From an uncultured Verrucomicrobiae bacterium (GTDB lineage: Bacteria > Chlamydiota > Chlamydiia > Chlamydiales > Rhabdochlamydiaceae): 64,000 nt of DNA. The position numbers were made by a program, and so were the translations under genes. The notes beneath the pieces are model-generated. The model was not told where the DNA came from. It did not search any database and worked only from the letters and a program-made list of their open reading frames with translations. Each line of letters begins with the position of its first letter. Positions within the stretch are counted from its first letter, which is position 1. The DNA lies in NCBI GenBank assembly GCA_963833965.1, contig CAWHZZ010000001.1:520274-584273 (forward strand), in the 5' to 3' direction. Below, in pieces: positions 46,094-54,397 of this stretch.

Positions 46094-46343
46094 CGAAAAT
46101 CCCTTTGTTTCTAAAAACTTCTAGAATGGGATTTTTCGCATTATTTTTGGACCATTTTTTGGGGAGCAGGTCAACCAACCTAAGTTCACCCAAGACAGCT
46201 CGAGTCTATAGGAAACCTTCGATCTTTTTTCTATGATTTGTTGGCGATCAAAGGTGAACAACGGCAACCCTTGGGAATCAGCAACTACGGCTATATTACG
46301 GCAATTTTTTTCAGGGATACTACAAGAAGGCCCAGATGCCTAG

Positions 46344-46369
46344 TTGACAGAATGTATCAGTTTTGATAC
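46344..46369 (+). promoter_or_regulatory. Candidate higBA promoter with an operator palindrome
   Basis: TTGACA at 46344..46349 is followed by the perfect inverted repeat GTATCA-gttt-TGATAC (46354..46369), about 20 nt upstream of higB. Confidence 0.4.
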
Positions 46370-46390
46370 GCTCAAGAAAAAAGGCTCGAT

Positions 46391-46750
46391 ATGTTGCTAG
46401 TCCCGAAACTGAGGGTGCGCTTTTTTGCTACTGAAAACGGAAAAGAACCGGTCAAAGAATGGCTAAAAGAATTAACGAAAATTGAACGAAAAACCATTGG
46501 GGATGATATCAAAACTGTTCAGTTTGGTTGGCCCTTAGGAATGCCTCTTGTAAAAAATATAGGACAAGGCCTTTGGGAGGTAAGGAGCACCATTCCGAAT
46601 GGAATAGCTCGGGTGCTCTTTGTAGCTAAATCGGGCGAAATGATTCTTTTGCACGGGATCATCAAGAAAACTAATAAACTGCTTCCTCAAGAGAAGGCAC
46701 TAGCTCTAAAAAGATTAAAGCTATGGGAGAATCAAAATGAAAAAAAATAA
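46391..46750 (+). CDS. higB: Type II toxin, RelE/ParE superfamily, HigB / phage Gp49-like
   Basis: 119 aa with motifs FFATENGKEPVKEWLKEL, LWEVRS, ARVLFV and LLHGIIKKT. A 14-nt overlap with a downstream HTH gene gives the toxin-first order typical of Hig systems. Confidence 0.75.
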   Translation: MLLVPKLRVRFFATENGKEPVKEWLKELTKIERKTIGDDIKTVQFGWPLGMPLVKNIGQGLWEVRSTIPNGIARVLFVAKSGEMILLHGIIKKTNKLLPQEKALALKRLKLWENQNEKK

Positions 46751-47018
46751 ACACACCGGATCAGATTTTGATGATTTCCTCAAAGAAGAGGGAATCCTCG
46801 AAGAATGCACAGCTGAGGCTATCAAAAGGGTCATTGCATTTCAATTAGAGCAAGAAATGAAAAAGCAGAAAATTACAAAGTCTCAATTTGCAAAAATGCT
46901 CAAAACAAGCAGAGCAGCCATCGATCGCATTTTAGATCCCAACAAAAGCTGTAGTTTGAAATCGCTTGTGATGGCAGTTACCGCACTGGGTAAGCATTTA
47001 GAGATTAGGATTGCTTAA
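46737..47018 (+). CDS. higA: HTH (XRE-like) antitoxin, HigA-like
   Basis: 93 aa with the helix-turn-helix segment ITKSQFAKMLKTSRAAIDRILDP. Confidence 0.72.
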   Translation: MKKNKHTGSDFDDFLKEEGILEECTAEAIKRVIAFQLEQEMKKQKITKSQFAKMLKTSRAAIDRILDPNKSCSLKSLVMAVTALGKHLEIRIA

Positions 47019-47123
47019 GTTTGTCTGTAGAAGCACTCACTGGCCATATTACGGCATTTTTGCCTGACCTGATCTATATTGTAATTGAATATTTACACAT
47101 GGTTGACATAACCTTCACAGCAT

Positions 47124-48167
47124 ATGACAATCTGTGCAATGAAGTGTTTTTCTATCATCGGTGTATTCTTCTTTCTTTCCTGCCTATCAGCAGCAGAGTG
47201 TGAAAGTCGAGAAAAATTATGCGAGAAAATCATGAAAGGATTGCTAAAGGTCGAAGAGAGTGTACAGATCAGAAAAATGCAAGGAGGACTTAATGGAGCA
47301 GAGTTATTTTTTTCACACTTCGATGATAAAAATTATGTAATTCGCTTTCAGGCTCAAGATACATTACAAGAACGCAAAAGGGAAATCCTTGCTTGTACAA
47401 TTGCTTCTGAGGAGAAGTATGGGCCTAAAGTTTACCTTGCTGATGCAGACCAAGGCTTCATTGTAATGGAGCATTTAAAAAACGAACTGCCTCAGGAAGA
47501 TGAAATTCTGATGGCTTTAGCAAATTTGGCAAAACGAATCCATTCCAGCCTCCAGTTTCCATATAGCAAAAATTTCTTCGACCAAATAACAGGCAAGATT
47601 GACGAATATCTAGGCACGCAAAAAGCTCAAATGGAGTGTATCCCAAAAGACTGGCTGGAGAGATTAACTTCTGCATTACAAGAGATTCGTCAAGCCGCAG
47701 ACTATTATCCCCACACGGCCTTATGTCATCGAGACCTGCACGAGCAAAATTTATTTTTCTCAAATGGGCGCTTTATTGCGATCGACTACGAAATGGCAGC
47801 TCAAGACGACCCTTTTGTAGATTTAGCCATGATAACAGTTTCCCACGATCTCAACTTAGAGCAAGCAAAATTCTTCCTCGCTTCATACCTAGGTCATAAG
47901 CCTAATGTGCAGGAAGAGTCTAAACTCTTCCTGTATGAACAAGCGGTGCGGATATTTTGGGGATTTTGCCTGATTGCGTTGGTCCCAGATGGAACTCCGG
48001 AGATTCAGCAATCCTTAGCCACACGCGAGGCAAAGATGGCTAGCTATAGAACCCCTGACGGTCAACTAACTAACGCTGCCGTTCGCATGCGCCATGCGCT
48101 CTCGAATTTCAACTCGCAAGAATACCAAGAAGCACTCAAAGTACTCGGATATCCACAAAACCATTAA
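47124..48167 (+). CDS. Phosphotransferase of the APH/choline-ethanolamine kinase family with a signal-peptide-like N-terminus
   Basis: Brenner motif HRDLHEQNLFF followed by IAIDYEMAAQDDPFVDLA. Hydrophobic N-terminus MKCFSIIGVFFFLSCLSA. Confidence 0.72.
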   Translation: MTICAMKCFSIIGVFFFLSCLSAAECESREKLCEKIMKGLLKVEESVQIRKMQGGLNGAELFFSHFDDKNYVIRFQAQDTLQERKREILACTIASEEKYGPKVYLADADQGFIVMEHLKNELPQEDEILMALANLAKRIHSSLQFPYSKNFFDQITGKIDEYLGTQKAQMECIPKDWLERLTSALQEIRQAADYYPHTALCHRDLHEQNLFFSNGRFIAIDYEMAAQDDPFVDLAMITVSHDLNLEQAKFFLASYLGHKPNVQEESKLFLYEQAVRIFWGFCLIALVPDGTPEIQQSLATREAKMASYRTPDGQLTNAAVRMRHALSNFNSQEYQEALKVLGYPQNH

Positions 48168-48416
48168 AGCCTATTTGTCCCCTATTAATCGAACTTCTGC
48201 TTGGTAGCGGACAGCACCGTTTTTGGTTTTCCTTTCTCTGATAAATCCGATTCGGGGCTCGAGTTAATATTTAAAAGGAGGACTCGTCTTTGCCGTAAAT
48301 CCAAAGGAATCGACACTCAAAAGCGATCAGCAAAACTATTTTGATGACCATGTTCGGGTGATTTAAGGAAATCTAGCACTACGGCTATATTACGGCATTC
48401 TCCGGCAAGAGAAATG

Positions 48417-48579
48417 TGGCCAGAACTGGAATCCCCTCGCCGCGGGCAGCTTCGCTGTCCCGTCAGGTCGGGTCCGGTTGCGGGCGGTTTTTTGCGAAGC
48501 AAAAAGCATCGCTCCTCACTTCGATTCCAGACAAAAGCCACGCAGGTGGCTTTTTTCTGGCATATTTTCTTTGAAAATA
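48417..48579 (+). repeat. B-type repeat unit (163 bp) opening the tandem array
   Basis: Starts with TGGCCAGAACTGGAATC (tRNA-Phe 3' end, reverse complement). Contains hairpins GGGCAGC-ttc-GCTGTCCC and TTTTTTGC-gaa-GCAAAAA. Ends with the shared module TTCGATTCCAGAC-AAAAGCCACGCAGGTGGCTTTTTT-CTGGCATATTTTCTTTGAAAATA. A second copy lies at 51494..51648. Confidence 0.85.
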
Positions 48580-49467
48580 TGGCCAGAACTGGAATCCTTT
48601 CAGGCGATGCGCGCTACCCGCGCGTCGTCGTCCTGAAAGCCGGTTCGCGGCCTGCATGCCGCTTCACTTCGATTCCAGACAAAAGCCACGCAGGTGGCTT
48701 TTTTCTGGCATATTTTCTTTGAAAATATGGCCAGAACTGGAATCCTTTCAGGCGATGCGCGCTACCCGCGCGTCGTCGTCCTGAAAGCCGGTTCGCGGCC
48801 TGCATGCCGCTTCACTTCGATTCCAGACAAAAGCCACGCAGGTGGCTTTTTTCTGGCATATTTTCTTTGAAAATATGGCCAGAACTGGAATCCTTTCAGG
48901 CGATGCGCGCTACCCGCGCGTCGTCGTCCTGAAAGCCGGTTCGCGGCCTGCATGCCGCTTCACTTCGATTCCAGACAAAAGCCACGCAGGTGGCTTTTTT
49001 CTGGCATATTTTCTTTGAAAATATGGCCAGAACTGGAATCCTTTCAGGCGATGCGCGCTACCCGCGCGTCGTCGTCCTGAAAGCCGGTTCGCGGCCTGCA
49101 TGCCGCTTCACTTCGATTCCAGACAAAAGCCACGCAGGTGGCTTTTTTCTGGCATATTTTCTTTGAAAATATGGCCAGAACTGGAATCCTTTCAGGCGAT
49201 GCGCGCTACCCGCGCGTCGTCGTCCTGAAAGCCGGTTCGCGGCCTGCATGCCGCTTCACTTCGATTCCAGACAAAAGCCACGCAGGTGGCTTTTTTCTGG
49301 CATATTTTCTTTGAAAATATGGCCAGAACTGGAATCCTTTCAGGCGATGCGCGCTACCCGCGCGTCGTCGTCCTGAAAGCCGGTTCGCGGCCTGCATGCC
49401 GCTTCACTTCGATTCCAGACAAAAGCCACGCAGGTGGCTTTTTTCTGGCATATTTTCTTTGAAAATA
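48580..49467 (+). repeat. Six identical 148-bp tandem repeat units (A-type)
   Basis: Unit starts fall at 48580, 48728, 48876, 49024, 49172 and 49320. Identical phantom ORFs appear every 148 nt in the ORF track, and I compared two units base by base. Confidence 0.95.
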
Positions 49468-49511
49468 TGGCCAGAACTGGAATCGAACCAGCGACACAAG
49501 GATTTTCAGTC
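49468..49511 (-). repeat. Partial copy of tRNA-Phe (3'-terminal 44 nt, from the anticodon loop to the discriminator); att-like direct repeat
   Basis: Identical to 51649..51692. It diverges at 49512 and lacks the 5' half, so it is not a functional tRNA. Confidence 0.9.
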
Positions 49512-49744
49512 TTGAAAATCCGCTTCCGAACCTTGCCTTGGATTTCCTTTAATCAACTAAGATTCCCAAATTCTATAGAGGAATCCAGATTTTTTCCAGA
49601 AAATATTGGTAATCGAAAGCAATCCAAGTCAACTTTAGGAAACTGGCAACTCCGTTGAATTTCCGTTATTTTTCTATCTAGGACTGCTGGCTTTATATCC
49701 ACCTCTGGCCGGAGCTTCTGGCTATGCCTTTTTCGATTTTTTTA

Positions 49745-49771
49745 TTGACATTCCTTTTATTTTGGTACAAT
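49745..49771 (+). promoter_or_regulatory. Candidate abiE promoter
   Basis: TTGACA (49745..49750), a 15-nt spacer, then TACAAT (49766..49771). The inverted repeat GGTACAA...TTGTACC spans from the -10 element to the start codon. Confidence 0.35.
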
Positions 49772-49809
49772 ATTACGGATATAGATGAGAAAATCCGCTA
49801 TTTTGTACC

Positions 49810-50424
49810 ATGAAGAAAAAATCAAAGCTTGAATTAGCTATTGCCGCATTTAGAGAAGCAGGTGGGATTCTTACCATGTCTGAGGCTATAAAAGTTGGCA
49901 TCCATCGTCGAGAGCTTTATACCCTTCGAGATAAAGGAGACCTAGAAGTCATTAGCAGAGGCCTATATCGATTGGTTGATATGCCTGATCCCTCATTGCC
50001 CGACTTTATCCCTGTGGCAAAAAAAATTCCTCATGGAGTTATTTGCCTCATTTCTGCGCTCGCCTTTCACGAAATAACAACTCAAATCCCTCATTTCGTT
50101 TATGTTGCATTGCCAAGTCAAGCACACAAGCCTACGATCTCTCATCCCCCTATGCGTTATTTTTGGTACAGCCAAAAGCTATTAAATACGGGTGTTCAGG
50201 AACATTCCATAGATGGATGTACTGTTATGATCTTTGACGTTGAGAAAACCCTCGTTGATTGCGTTAAATTTCGCAATAAAATTGGAATGGATGTCGTCCT
50301 AGAAGCTCTAAAAATGTATTGGCAAAGCAGAAAGACAAATCTCGATAAGCTTTTTGAATATGCTAAATTATTCCGTGTCGAAAAGATTTTAAAACCGATT
50401 ATGGAGACAATCGTCAGTGGGTAA
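49810..50424 (+). CDS. abiEi: Type IV toxin-antitoxin system antitoxin AbiEi
   Basis: 204 aa. The N-terminal winged-helix segment GGILTMSEAIKVGIHRRELYTLRDKGDLEVISRGLYRL, followed by GVICLISALAFHEIT, is typical of AbiEi. Confidence 0.78.
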   Translation: MKKKSKLELAIAAFREAGGILTMSEAIKVGIHRRELYTLRDKGDLEVISRGLYRLVDMPDPSLPDFIPVAKKIPHGVICLISALAFHEITTQIPHFVYVALPSQAHKPTISHPPMRYFWYSQKLLNTGVQEHSIDGCTVMIFDVEKTLVDCVKFRNKIGMDVVLEALKMYWQSRKTNLDKLFEYAKLFRVEKILKPIMETIVSG

Positions 50425-51277
50425 TACAATCGAAAAACCAAAGAAGAATCTTAGCGAATCAATACGCCAGCGTTTAAAAAATTTGTCAGAGCAGAGGAAT
50501 CGACCTTTTGATGAAATACTTCGGTATTACGCTATGGAGAGATTTTTATATCGCCTTAGCATTAGCTCCCATGCTAAGAAATTCTTCCTTAAGGGCGGCT
50601 TAATACTGAAAGTCTGGGATTCATTGGATCATAGAGCAACAATGGATATAGATTTGCTTGCAAGAACCTCCAACCAAATTGATAACTTACATCGGATCAT
50701 TACAGAGGTTTCGGAAATTGCCTGTGAGGAAGATGGCATCGCTTTCGACACGCAAAAGCTTATTCTCCGCGACACACAGACAGGTGGGGATTATAACGGC
50801 GTAAGCAGTAGCTTTTCAGCAAAATTGTTCACAACAAAAATGCCCGTTCTTATTGACATTGGCTTTAACGACATTGTCATTCCTAAACCTCAGAAAATCA
50901 AATATCCCACCCTGTTAGATATGCCAGAACCAACTTTACTGGGTTATACCTTGGAAACCGTTATAGCTGAAAAACTCGAATCGGTGGTAAAACTTGCGCT
51001 CGTTAACACCCGTATGAAAGATTTTTACGATCTATGGACCATCTTAAAGAGGTATGAGATAAAACCAGACAAGTTAAATATTGCCATCCGAGAAGTATTT
51101 GCAAATCGCAAAACCCCTCTTAAGCATCCTATAGCGTTTACGCCAGAGTTTTATGACAACAAGGAGACTCAACTACGTTGGAATAATTTTCTGTCTGCTA
51201 TGGGCAAACAACATATTAAGTTTGAAGATGTTATCTTGGAGCTATCAAAATCCATAAATGGACTTCTTGAAGACTAA
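50417..51277 (+). CDS. abiEii: Nucleotidyltransferase toxin AbiEii/AbiGii (DUF1814)
   Basis: 286 aa with motifs LKNLSEQRNRPFDEILRYYAMERFLYRLS, FFLKGGLIL and TMDIDLLAR. The GTG start overlaps the abiEi stop by 8 nt. Confidence 0.78.
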   Translation: MGNTIEKPKKNLSESIRQRLKNLSEQRNRPFDEILRYYAMERFLYRLSISSHAKKFFLKGGLILKVWDSLDHRATMDIDLLARTSNQIDNLHRIITEVSEIACEEDGIAFDTQKLILRDTQTGGDYNGVSSSFSAKLFTTKMPVLIDIGFNDIVIPKPQKIKYPTLLDMPEPTLLGYTLETVIAEKLESVVKLALVNTRMKDFYDLWTILKRYEIKPDKLNIAIREVFANRKTPLKHPIAFTPEFYDNKETQLRWNNFLSAMGKQHIKFEDVILELSKSINGLLED

Positions 51278-51351
51278 TTGAGATATTACAATCCTTTATC
51301 GTCAATGGAGGAGCGCAATATTTTGAGCGACAAATCTCAAAGCTTGCGTTT

Positions 51352-51648
51352 AATTCACTCCGATTCTAGACAAAATTTTCTCCGAAAATTTTGGAAGGAA
51401 ACTGGAATCCTTTCAGGCGATGCGCGCTACCCGCGCGTCGTCGTCCTGAAAGCCGGTTCGCGGCCTGCATGCCGCTTCACTTCGATTCCAGACTACTGGA
51501 ATCCCCTCGCCGCGGGCAGCAAGCTGTCCCGTCAGGTCGGGTCCGGTTGCGGTCGGTTTTTGCTAACGCAAAAACATCGATCCTCACTTCGATTCCAGAC
51601 AAAAGCCACGCAGGTGGCTTTTTTTCTGGCATATTTTCTTTGAAAATA
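51352..51648 (+). repeat. Degenerate junction, one A-type core (51400..51493) and one B-type unit (51494..51648) abutting tRNA-Phe
   Basis: 51400..51493 matches the array core from AACTGGAATCC to TTCGATTCCAGAC. 51494..51648 matches the unit at 48417..48579, and most of the differences fall in hairpin loops. Confidence 0.85.
51601..51625 (-). terminator. Terminator hairpin downstream of tRNA-Phe (the same hairpin recurs in every repeat unit)
   Basis: The minus strand reads AAAAAAA-GCCAC-CTGC-GTGGC-TTTTG. The plus strand reads AAAA-GCCAC-GCAG-GTGGC-TTTTTTT. Confidence 0.6.
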
Positions 51649-51721
<73 letters not shown>

Positions 51722-51775
51722 AAAAGAGATGACGAACAAGATCAATAAGATAGAAAGTCGAGTGATTTAAGGCAA

Positions 51776-53734
51776 TCACTTTTGCGCGGTTTGTTTTGAA
51801 GCGGGTTTGATGATAGCCATGTCTTTGAGGATGTTGACGGCTTCGGCCATTTGCAGATCGATGACGCCCCAATTCGCCTGGGATGTCTGCCTAAAGACAT
51901 TGACGTTCTTGTCTTCTTCGATCGCTTTGAGATAGAGTGTGAAGTCTTTATTTTGTTTGAGGCGATAGCCGCTATTGTCTAGGAGCCTGGGGAGCATTTG
52001 GGTCCAATGCGAGAGCTTTTTTTGCAGGGCGGGCAGATAATTTTTCTGAAACCACTGTCTATTGCGGGGATCGACATCGCTCAACGGATCGACATAGGCC
52101 GAGGGAATTCGGTCGTTATTTAATGGGTATTCTAGATACCGTTCGCCGAGGGCAAACCCTGAGTACGCGGTTGGGACGACGATATCGGCTTGGACGCCAT
52201 CGATTTGGGTGGACCTGCCAGACACTGTGTAATAGCGTCCTACAGTGACTTTAAAAAATGAACTTGCTGCGGAGTCTGTTACTGTTTGGTATTGAATCGT
52301 TCCCTTGCCATAGGTGCGTTCATCGCCGACGACGATGCCGGTCCCATAATCTTGAAGGGCCTGGGCGACAATCTCTGCAGCGGAGGCGGAACCTTTAGAA
52401 GTGAGGATGACAAGCGGGCCGGTATAGTAACTGCGCCCGTCCAAGGCCCTCAAGTACTGCGTTTCGCCATAGGCGTATTTTGAGACGACGATAACACCAC
52501 TCGTGACAAAAAGGCCTGCGACTTTGACGGCCTGATTGAGAAAACCACCGGAGTTTTCCCGCATATCGAGAACGAGGCCGACAAGGTTGCCCTGTTTTTT
52601 AAGGACCCGCAAAGCTTCCCTCATCTCGATTTCGCAATTCGACCCTCCGGCGCTTTCATAGAACGAGGGGAGGTTAATTTTGCCGATGATTCCATCGCCG
52701 TAATGCTCAAATGAATACTGCACGCGGTCGTCTTGCATGACGATCTTTTCGCGTTTGAGATCGACACGGTAAATCTGGAATTCTCCATCAGCATGACGGA
52801 GTCCAAGTTGGACCCTGCCTTTGCCGGCGCCCTGAAGCCGTTTCAATATATCCTCATAGGGAACATCGATGATGCTCTGACCGTCGACTTCGACAAGGAG
52901 ATCGCCAGGGTTAATCTTCCCGGAGCGCTGGGCGGGGCCCCCTTTGATCATGTCGTGAATGACCACTCCATCAATGCTTTCACGCAAAACGACGCCAATC
53001 CCGTCAAACTGCTTTTCCAAACTGGTCCGCATTTCGTGGGCCTCTTCGGGACTGTAATAAGAGGTATGGGCATCCAGGCTTTTGGCAAGGGCCTTCAAAG
53101 TATGCATGCACAAATAATGCTCCGATGCGGAGTCTTGCAAATAGGTGTTTTCGAGCCTGACAAATCGCCTCTCCCAAAGCGCAAAAATTTTTTTTCGCTG
53201 CTCTGGCGTGAGAGCGGTCAGTTTATTTGCCTGTTTTTCGACCCAGACCACTCGCTGAAGCTGCCGCCGGACCCTCTCTTTCAGTTCTTTTTCATTGCGA
53301 GGGTAGTCGACGTAGGCACCTCCAGTCCCCATCTGCACCTCATCGCCGTCTGCGATGAGCTCTACTTTAAGTTCCTCTCGATAGCCTTGGGCCCTGACGA
53401 TCGCCTCTTGGATAATTTGATTTAATTTTTGATACTCGGAAAGATCGTCCTGATAGTATTTTTGAATGACAGACTTGATTTTATCTTCTTTAGGCTCCAA
53501 ATAGGGCTTCACTTCCCCTAATAACAGATAGACTTTGTCGGGATCAAACTGTTCAATGAAAATTTTAAGAGAGCGCTTCGCGACGAGTGGAGAAAATTCT
53601 TTATATTCGACGTGGTAGCCGAAAATATCCTGCATTGTCTTCCTGACGTTTTCCTTTCTCAGCTGGAATTCGCCGGGTTGGAACGCGAAGAGAAGAAACA
53701 ACGCTGCTGGCAGAAATAGGCGAAGAAATAACAT
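51776..53734 (-). CDS. tsp: Tail-specific (C-terminal processing) protease, S41 family, with a PDZ domain
   Basis: 652 aa with a signal peptide. The PDZ segment is GGPAQRSGKINPGDLLVEVDG and the S41 core is LVILTSKGSASAAEIVAQAL. Confidence 0.88.
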   Translation of the reverse strand: MLFLRLFLPAALFLLFAFQPGEFQLRKENVRKTMQDIFGYHVEYKEFSPLVAKRSLKIFIEQFDPDKVYLLLGEVKPYLEPKEDKIKSVIQKYYQDDLSEYQKLNQIIQEAIVRAQGYREELKVELIADGDEVQMGTGGAYVDYPRNEKELKERVRRQLQRVVWVEKQANKLTALTPEQRKKIFALWERRFVRLENTYLQDSASEHYLCMHTLKALAKSLDAHTSYYSPEEAHEMRTSLEKQFDGIGVVLRESIDGVVIHDMIKGGPAQRSGKINPGDLLVEVDGQSIIDVPYEDILKRLQGAGKGRVQLGLRHADGEFQIYRVDLKREKIVMQDDRVQYSFEHYGDGIIGKINLPSFYESAGGSNCEIEMREALRVLKKQGNLVGLVLDMRENSGGFLNQAVKVAGLFVTSGVIVVSKYAYGETQYLRALDGRSYYTGPLVILTSKGSASAAEIVAQALQDYGTGIVVGDERTYGKGTIQYQTVTDSAASSFFKVTVGRYYTVSGRSTQIDGVQADIVVPTAYSGFALGERYLEYPLNNDRIPSAYVDPLSDVDPRNRQWFQKNYLPALQKKLSHWTQMLPRLLDNSGYRLKQNKDFTLYLKAIEEDKNVNVFRQTSQANWGVIDLQMAEAVNILKDMAIIKPASKQTAQK

Positions 53735-53873
53735 GGACGCTCCTCTATTCTGATATTTATCCTATATCCCGATTTTTAAAAATTTATTTTTATCGCAAGA
53801 AATTCTCCATTCGCGCTATAGTTCTCCAATGTCTTACTGAAATTAAGAACATTACGTAAGGAGAATGGCGCAA

Positions 53874-54245
53874 ATGCCGACAATTAGCCAATTAGTACGC
53901 TATGGCCGAAGAACGAAAGTGAAGAGAAAGAAATCTCCGGCCCTGCAGCAATGCCCGCAAAAGAGGGGCGTTTGCCTGCAAGTCAAAACGAAAACACCGA
54001 AGAAACCGAACTCTGCGCTCCGGAAAGTCGCATGGGTACGTCTTTCTAATGGTCAAGAAGTCATCGCCTATATCGGCGGTGAAGGGCATAACCTGCAGGA
54101 ACACAGCATCGTCCTCGTCCGAGGCGGCCGTGTGAAAGACCTTCCAGGTGTTCGCTACCATATCGTCCGCGGATCTTTGGACTGTGCTGCCGTCAAAGAT
54201 CGCAAAAAATCAAGGTCCAAATACGGGGCAAAACGTCCTAAGTAA
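53874..54245 (+). CDS. rpsL: 30S ribosomal protein S12
   Basis: [13 protein letters not shown]...[26 protein letters not shown] lies upstream. Confidence 0.95.
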   Translation: MPTISQLVRYGRRTKVKRKKSPALQQCPQKRGVCLQVKTKTPKKPNSALRKVAWVRLSNGQEVIAYIGGEGHNLQEHSIVLVRGGRVKDLPGVRYHIVRGSLDCAAVKDRKKSRSKYGAKRPK

Positions 54246-54249
54246 TATT

Positions 54250-54338
54250 AGGATACCTGAAAATAGAATAGGTATCCTGGCTCACCATTGCTCTTTCATT
54301 TGAAGGAAGGTCAATCGCGGGCCGGGCATGGGATTGAC
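54250..54338 (+). promoter_or_regulatory. Two stem-loops in the rpsL-rpsG spacer (candidate S7 autoregulatory site)
   Basis: AGGATACCT-N11-AGGTATCCT (54250..54278) and GTCAATC-N15-GATTGAC (54310..54338). Confidence 0.35.
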
Positions 54339-54397
54339 GAACCATGACCCAAGTGAAGTGGATTTAAGAAATAACATTTGAAAGAGGAATATTACTC

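Larger units (their letters stand above)
45498..46173 (-). mobile_element. IS3-family (IS407-like end) insertion sequence remnant, 3'-truncated
   Basis: The terminal repeat TGACCTGCTCCCC starts at 46173 on the minus strand. orfA is intact, the A AAA AAG slippery heptamer lies at 45839..45833, and orfB is cut after about 110 codons with no DDE domain. Confidence 0.8.

Noticed and set aside
45879-46193. 104-aa minus-strand ORF overlapping IS3 orfA in another frame
   Set aside because: The orfA frame gives a textbook IS3 HTH protein. The alternative frame has no recognisable features and spans the terminal inverted repeat.
48463-49397. Series of 63-64-aa minus-strand ORFs (MQAANRLSGRRRAGSAHRLKGFQFWPYFQRKYARKKPPAWLLSGIEV...) repeated every 148 nt
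   Set aside because: They are a by-product of the identical tandem DNA units. Each ORF runs through terminator hairpins and tRNA-derived sequence, overlaps the next copy, and has no RBS. They are not credible genes.
48417-49511. Possible CRISPR array
   Set aside because: The units are contiguous and identical with no unique spacers. The period of 148 bp is far larger than repeat plus spacer, and no cas genes are in the window.
49468-49511. Second tRNA-Phe gene
   Set aside because: Only the 3' 44 nt are present. There is no D-arm or 5' acceptor strand, so it is an att-type partial duplicate.
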